In this document: positions 59,250 to 64,000 of the stretch, piece by piece | Numbering within the stretch: position 1 is the stretch's first letter | How the letters are laid out: every line of letters begins with the position of its first letter | Source of the DNA: a candidate division WOR-3 bacterium | GTDB taxonomy: Bacteria > Hydrothermota > Tepidihabitantia > Tepidihabitantales > Tepidihabitantaceae | Assembly: GCA_965649295.1 (NCBI GenBank) | Contig: CBFGKH010000009.1 | Span: 32,001-96,000 of the forward strand | Direction: 5' to 3' | DNA length: 64,000 nt | The notes under the pieces: generated by a model | What the model saw: only the letters and a program-made list of their open reading frames with translations | What the model was told of the DNA's origin: nothing | The model's database searches: none | Program-made: the position numbers and the translations under genes

Positions 59250-61049
59250 TCAGCCGAGTAGGCCTCCACGCCGATAGATGTCAAGCTGAGCCTTAGCGAA
59301 CGGCCGTCCCTGAACTCGCTGCCCCGTACGTTTGATGACAATCTCACCGGTTTCAAGATTCGCACTGACCTCGTCGCCATTCCTTACGCCCGCATTCACC
59401 AGGTCAGCTATCATCACTGGCAGGGCGACATTGACCGCATTGCGAAAGTAGATGGCGCCGTACGACTTCGCGATAATTAAGCTGATACCGAGGCTGAGGA
59501 GGCAGTCCACTGCCTGCTGGCGCGATGACCCGGCACCGAAGTTTGCGCCAGTGACGATAATGTCGCCCGGCCTAGCCTTTTTGGCGAAGTCCTCCCAGCC
59601 CGGCAGGTTGTCGAATGTGTACTTACCCATTTCTCTGCGGTCAGTGATGGCTAAATAGCGGTTGTGAAATATCATATCGGTGTCGATATTGTCACGATCG
59701 ATTACCCAGACCCGGCCAGTGATAACGGTTGGGCGAGGACCGGACGCCGGTCGGCCTGATTCTGATGCCCTGGTTGAGCCGGCGTCAACAGTGAAAACCG
59801 CTGGTGTGGCCGGTATGGTATCGGCAGTCGTGATGATGCCGGCAACAGCCGACGCGGCCGCGGTAGCGGGTGAACAAAGCCAGACTTCGCCCTTGCCCTG
59901 CTTGCCAGTGAAATTGCGATTGCCAGTTGAGACAGTAATTTCCCCAGGCCCGTTCTGGCCAATTTGACCGGCAGCGCATCCAGCGCAGCCGGCGTTGCCG
60001 ATGAGTGCACCGGCCTTCTTGAATACTTCGAGTAGGCCGTTATGCATGCACCTCTGCCAAATAGCATCAGTCGCAGGTACGACTTTTAGGACGACACCGG
60101 GCGCGACCTGGCGTCCGGTGAGAATCTGGGCGGCGGCCATGAGGTCAGAGAGACGTCCATTAGTACATGAGCCGATGAAGGCTGAGTCAATCTTGCGGCC
60201 GGCGACAGTGCCGACCTCGACCACATCTTCAGGATGACCTGGACGAGAAATGAGTGGCTTGAGACCGGCTAGGTCAAGCCGTTCGACCCGGGCATACTTT
60301 GCATCACCATCAGCATTGACAGGCATTGCCTTGCGGCCGGTTCGTTCCGTGCAGTAGTCAATGATTTCATCGTTGGGAGGAAAGAGAATGATTATCGCTC
60401 CCATTTCGGTGCCGAGCGAGGAGATTGTTATGCGGCCGTCAAGGTTGAGACGGTCAGCATAGTTGCCGTAGACCTCAGCAGCATAGCCGAGCAGACCGTC
60501 GGCGCCGAAGTGCCGGAGCAAAGCAAGTCCGACATCCTTCGGGGTGATTGCGGGGTTGGGCTCACCGATAAGTTCGATTCGGATCGTCGGTGGAACCTCG
60601 AACCAGACTTTGCCGTAGGCCCAAGCGTGAGCAATATCCTGATCGCCCATGCCTTGACCAAAGGCGCCAATGGCGCCGAGGATGTTAGCGTGTGAGTCGG
60701 TTGAGACCAGTGTTTCGCCTGGACCAACTAGGCCTTCATCAATTGCTAAGTGCGTGCCAATGCCGGCGTTAATATCATAAATGCGGATTCCATGCCTGCG
60801 GGCGAATAGGCGACAGAGTTGCTGATTAGCCGCATACTTCTGGTCTGATCCGGTAGGATTGCAATCAAAGGTGAAGAATGTCCTTTTCGGGTCAGCAATG
60901 CCCAGATTGTGTTCTTCAAGCGCCTGGACGACATTGGCACCCCCAAAATCGCGTGCCACGCGTGCATCAATTTCCAGCTCGACGATGTCACCGGGCGCAA
61001 CCGACTTACCACAATGGGCGGCGATAATCTTTTCGACAATCGTGGCCAT
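59250..61049 (-). CDS. Fused LeuC-LeuD aconitase-family protein, divergent
   Basis: TIVEKI, TDSH, IGSCTNGR, GCAGC, STGNRNF; linker; then DNIDTD, NFGAGSSRQ, GGLL. Confidence 0.88.
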   Translation of the reverse strand: MATIVEKIIAAHCGKSVAPGDIVELEIDARVARDFGGANVVQALEEHNLGIADPKRTFFTFDCNPTGSDQKYAANQQLCRLFARRHGIRIYDINAGIGTHLAIDEGLVGPGETLVSTDSHANILGAIGAFGQGMGDQDIAHAWAYGKVWFEVPPTIRIELIGEPNPAITPKDVGLALLRHFGADGLLGYAAEVYGNYADRLNLDGRITISSLGTEMGAIIILFPPNDEIIDYCTERTGRKAMPVNADGDAKYARVERLDLAGLKPLISRPGHPEDVVEVGTVAGRKIDSAFIGSCTNGRLSDLMAAAQILTGRQVAPGVVLKVVPATDAIWQRCMHNGLLEVFKKAGALIGNAGCAGCAAGQIGQNGPGEITVSTGNRNFTGKQGKGEVWLCSPATAAASAVAGIITTADTIPATPAVFTVDAGSTRASESGRPASGPRPTVITGRVWVIDRDNIDTDMIFHNRYLAITDRREMGKYTFDNLPGWEDFAKKARPGDIIVTGANFGAGSSRQQAVDCLLSLGISLIIAKSYGAIYFRNAVNVALPVMIADLVNAGVRNGDEVSANLETGEIVIKRTGQRVQGRPFAKAQLDIYRRGGLLG

Positions 61050-61051
61050 GG

Positions 61052-61627
61052 CTACTGTAGTAGTTGACCCTTGTCGAGCATGACTAACGGATCGAATGTT
61101 GCGAAGTCGGCCTGGTGAATAAGCACTGTTTCCACGACCTTGGGCGCGCCTTCACCCTCTTTAGCATGGCAGGCGATGGTGTTGACGATATCATCAGGCA
61201 GACCTACCTGAGCAGCCAGAATCGCTCCGGAAATGGGGTGTCGTGCATACATCCCGCGAGAGCTCTTGCGATAGCCGCCTTTACCGTCCTTTTCCGTTTC
61301 AATAAGTTTCCCCACGTCATGGAGCAGGCCGCCGGCAATGAGCCGGTCCATGTTGATCTTGTACGGCATTTGCCTGTAGGCATTCTCCTGCGCGTCAGCT
61401 AGAGCACAGGCTCCTTCGGTCACAGCAATGGTATGTTCTATCAGGCTGATGCCGTAGGTCTTGGTGAGCAAGGTGAAGGGAAGCTTGTGCAGTTCCTCAA
61501 TTGAAGTCCAGTTACCCTGTCGGCAGCCCTCAAGCCAGGTTTGAACCACCTTCTGGCGAATTTCCTTGTCCCCAATCTCGTTCAACTGATCCAGGAAGAC
61601 TTCCTCGATTTGACTAGCGGTGATCAT
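61052..61627 (-). CDS. HD-domain phosphohydrolase
   Basis: IEHT, LLHDVGK, RHP, ACH, HQAD. Confidence 0.88.
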   Translation of the reverse strand: MITASQIEEVFLDQLNEIGDKEIRQKVVQTWLEGCRQGNWTSIEELHKLPFTLLTKTYGISLIEHTIAVTEGACALADAQENAYRQMPYKINMDRLIAGGLLHDVGKLIETEKDGKGGYRKSSRGMYARHPISGAILAAQVGLPDDIVNTIACHAKEGEGAPKVVETVLIHQADFATFDPLVMLDKGQLLQ

Positions 61628-61636
61628 CTCTCTTCC

Positions 61637-62818
61637 TCAAAGTGCAGCAATTATAGCGTCTGTCATCTGTTGAGTCGTGGCCGCACCGCGAGCAGTTACA
61701 TCTGGGCCACCGGGCAGACGTAGCATATCGTAAGTACGCACTTTGCCTTCCTTGATGACGCGTGCAACTGCCCGTCGTATGCGTTGCGCTCTATCGGTCT
61801 CACCGATGTGGTCAAGCATCATGCAGGCAGCAAGAATCATGGCAATCGGATTGACAATTGATGGCGACAGCTTCTCATACTTCGGAGCTGAACCGTGAGT
61901 TGGTTCGAACACGGCGACATCGCGTCCGATATTGGCAGAGCAGGCAAAGCCGAGTCCCCCGACGAGACCGGCAAAGCCGTCAGATACTATGTCACCGAAC
62001 ATGTTGCCGGCGACGATAACACCGTAGCTCTCCGGATTCTTTGTCAACCACATCATCACCGCATCGATGTTATCAGAACGGAGAGCGATGCCGGGATAGT
62101 CCCTGGCGACTTTCTTGGCTTCAGCTTCCATCATTCCTGAAGTTTCGCGGATGACGTTGGGCTTTTCGCAGACGGTCACCGAACTGTAGCCGAACTGGCG
62201 AGCGTATTCGAACGCGGCCCGACAGATGCGTTCGCAGGCCTGCCGGGTGAAGATGCGCAGCGATATTGCCATGTCGGCCGATGGCACGTGCTTGAAGGCC
62301 TGCATCTTCTTGTGGGTTTCCAGTGCGCGTCTTACTTCATCGGGCGGATTGGTCCACTCGACACCGACGTATAGACACTCGGTGTTCTGGCGGAAGATTA
62401 CGGCGTCAACCTTAGGTTCCTCAAAGCCTCCGTCGTGGCGACGGATGAAGTTGAGGGGATTACCTTCGAATGAGCGGCAGGGGCGGATACAGATGTCGAG
62501 GTCGAAATGCTGGCGCATCGTGACGATGGGCGAGAAGTATTGCAATCCTTTGCCCTGGAGCGACGGATCGAGTTCGGCCTGAGCCTTGTCCTTGGGCTTT
62601 GACGTAATGGCGCCAAAGAGACCAAGTCGGTGGGTCTCGAGCAACTTGACAGTTCGTTCTGGAAAAGCGTTGCCCTCCTTGCACCAGAACTCCCAGCCGA
62701 TATCGCCGTGGACATAATCCGCCGCGAAACCAGCGGCCTCAAGCACGCGAATTGCCTCAGGGAGGACGATCTTGCCGATACCGTCACCAGGCATGGCTAC
62801 GATTGTTCGCTTGGCCAC
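61637..62818 (-). CDS. Isocitrate/isopropylmalate dehydrogenase family (homoisocitrate dehydrogenase-like)
   Basis: PGDGIG, SPIVTMRQ, RQNTECLY, KPNV, NMFGDIVSD, FEPTHGSAP, NP.A; SD GGAGG; promoter TTGACC-N16-TAGAAT at 62895-62868. Confidence 0.9.
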   Translation of the reverse strand: MAKRTIVAMPGDGIGKIVLPEAIRVLEAAGFAADYVHGDIGWEFWCKEGNAFPERTVKLLETHRLGLFGAITSKPKDKAQAELDPSLQGKGLQYFSPIVTMRQHFDLDICIRPCRSFEGNPLNFIRRHDGGFEEPKVDAVIFRQNTECLYVGVEWTNPPDEVRRALETHKKMQAFKHVPSADMAISLRIFTRQACERICRAAFEYARQFGYSSVTVCEKPNVIRETSGMMEAEAKKVARDYPGIALRSDNIDAVMMWLTKNPESYGVIVAGNMFGDIVSDGFAGLVGGLGFACSANIGRDVAVFEPTHGSAPKYEKLSPSIVNPIAMILAACMMLDHIGETDRAQRIRRAVARVIKEGKVRTYDMLRLPGGPDVTARGAATTQQMTDAIIAAL

Positions 62819-62912
62819 ATTACCTCCGAAGGTTGTAGTTTCTGTGTAGGCTGACTAACGGTGGGCTATTCTAGCCGAGACACTTGAGAGGTCAAGCCGG
62901 AGAGAACAGCGG

Positions 62913-63971
62913 TTAGCCGGAAACGAGATAGGCCAGGATGAGCCGAATGGTGGCGTCGAGTGACCGACGATGAGTGCGCTCGAGATTGTGAGAGGCATTG
63001 ATGCCGGGGCCGATGAGTCCAGTTACAACGTCGGCGCCGGCGCGGACAGCAGCAGCAGCGTCGGAGCCATAGTGGGGATAGACATCAACCCTGTATGGTA
63101 TGGCAAATTGCTGACAAAGGTCAACAAGGTGCTGGCGCAGACGATAGTCGAATGGGCCGGTTGAGTCCTTGGCGCAGATTGCAACCGAGAACTCATCTGA
63201 CTCTTGTCCCTTGCCGACTGCGCCCATGTCAATGGCGAGGAGCTGGTAGGTACCAGTTGGGATACCAGACGACGCACCTGACCCGACTTCTTCGGATGTG
63301 CTGAAAAGGAAGTGACTGGCGTGGCGCGGTTGCAGCCGATTATCTCGCAAGCACTTGATGGCCGTGACCATGCAGGCAACTCCGGCCTTGTCATCGAGGT
63401 GGCGTGATTTCACAAAGCCGGTGTCAGTCAATTCAAAGCGTGGATCGAAATGGATGTAGTCGCCGGTAGCGATGCCTAGTTGCTGTAGCTCTTCCTTGGT
63501 ACTGGCCTCGGCGTCAACGCGGACAACCAGGTTCTCGATCTCACGCGCTGCGTTGACCACGTCCTTGCTGACATGGGCTGACGGTTTTTCGTAAAGCACG
63601 GTGCCACGATAAGACTTTCCGGCTGAGGTTTCGATTGTGCAGTATTCGCCCTCGATCGAACCTGGCGCATAGCCGCCGACTGGTGTCAGTCGAACCTGAC
63701 CATCTTTGTCCAGCTCTTTAACCATTGCAGCAAGTGTATCGACGTGAGCAGTCAGGGTGCGATGGGGCCCGGCATCGCGGCCAGGCATCGAGGCGACGAG
63801 AGCACCGCGACTCGTACGGACGTGGCTGATGCCCAACTGGTCAAGTTCGGCCTCCAGTAAGCGGATTGCCGCTTCAGTGTGACCGGCCGGGCTGGGAGTG
63901 CGGCAGAGTCTCTCGAGTAACTCAACCGTATAGTTGGTGATATCACTGGGAACAGTGAGAGCTGTATCCAA
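62913..63971 (-). CDS. M42 family aminopeptidase
   Basis: PSPAG, AHVD, SRHLDDK, EEVG, IDMG, YGSDA, SH..ER. Confidence 0.92.
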   Translation of the reverse strand: MDTALTVPSDITNYTVELLERLCRTPSPAGHTEAAIRLLEAELDQLGISHVRTSRGALVASMPGRDAGPHRTLTAHVDTLAAMVKELDKDGQVRLTPVGGYAPGSIEGEYCTIETSAGKSYRGTVLYEKPSAHVSKDVVNAAREIENLVVRVDAEASTKEELQQLGIATGDYIHFDPRFELTDTGFVKSRHLDDKAGVACMVTAIKCLRDNRLQPRHASHFLFSTSEEVGSGASSGIPTGTYQLLAIDMGAVGKGQESDEFSVAICAKDSTGPFDYRLRQHLVDLCQQFAIPYRVDVYPHYGSDAAAAVRAGADVVTGLIGPGINASHNLERTHRRSLDATIRLILAYLVSG

Positions 63972-64000
63972 GTGGAATCCCTACCAATCTACCAGCGCCG

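Noticed and set aside
1..64000. CRISPR arrays, IS elements, rRNA
   Set aside because: No regularly spaced repeats, transposase ORFs or rRNA signatures seen by eye

Overview
Gene-dense chromosomal segment from an anaerobic, Gram-negative bacterium. Gene content (PorU/PorV/PorZ-like proteins, C25 peptidases, group 3c hydrogenase, lpxB) suggests an FCB-associated candidate lineage such as WOR-3; this is inference only. It carries housekeeping genes (rplS partial, trmD, khpA, rpsP, xerC, thyX, fusA, accA, era, tmk, mutM, purA), two tandem 2-oxoacid:ferredoxin oxidoreductase pairs, an MvhGA-type [NiFe] hydrogenase with a distant hypB, and glycan/lipid A genes. It also carries dispersed type IX secretion (T9SS) attachment-complex homologues with cargo proteins, and an operon joining citrate-lyase-like subunits with two aconitase-family enzymes and a beta-decarboxylating dehydrogenase. 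The strongest novel signal is at 50030-51958: two annotated ORFs are joined by a single in-frame Cys-TGA codon pair. This is followed immediately by a two-stem hairpin whose apical loop (AGGUCU) matches the E. coli fdhF SECIS, making it a candidate secreted selenoprotein with a T9SS-type C-terminal domain. Other highlights are an unannotated 54-aa protein with a duplicated CCxxCxx[YF]xxC motif, a fused aconitase-like enzyme with a remodelled active site, and window-wide TTGAC-N16-TAnnnT promoters that often sit almost on the start codon. No rRNA, tRNA, CRISPR array or transposase was recognised.
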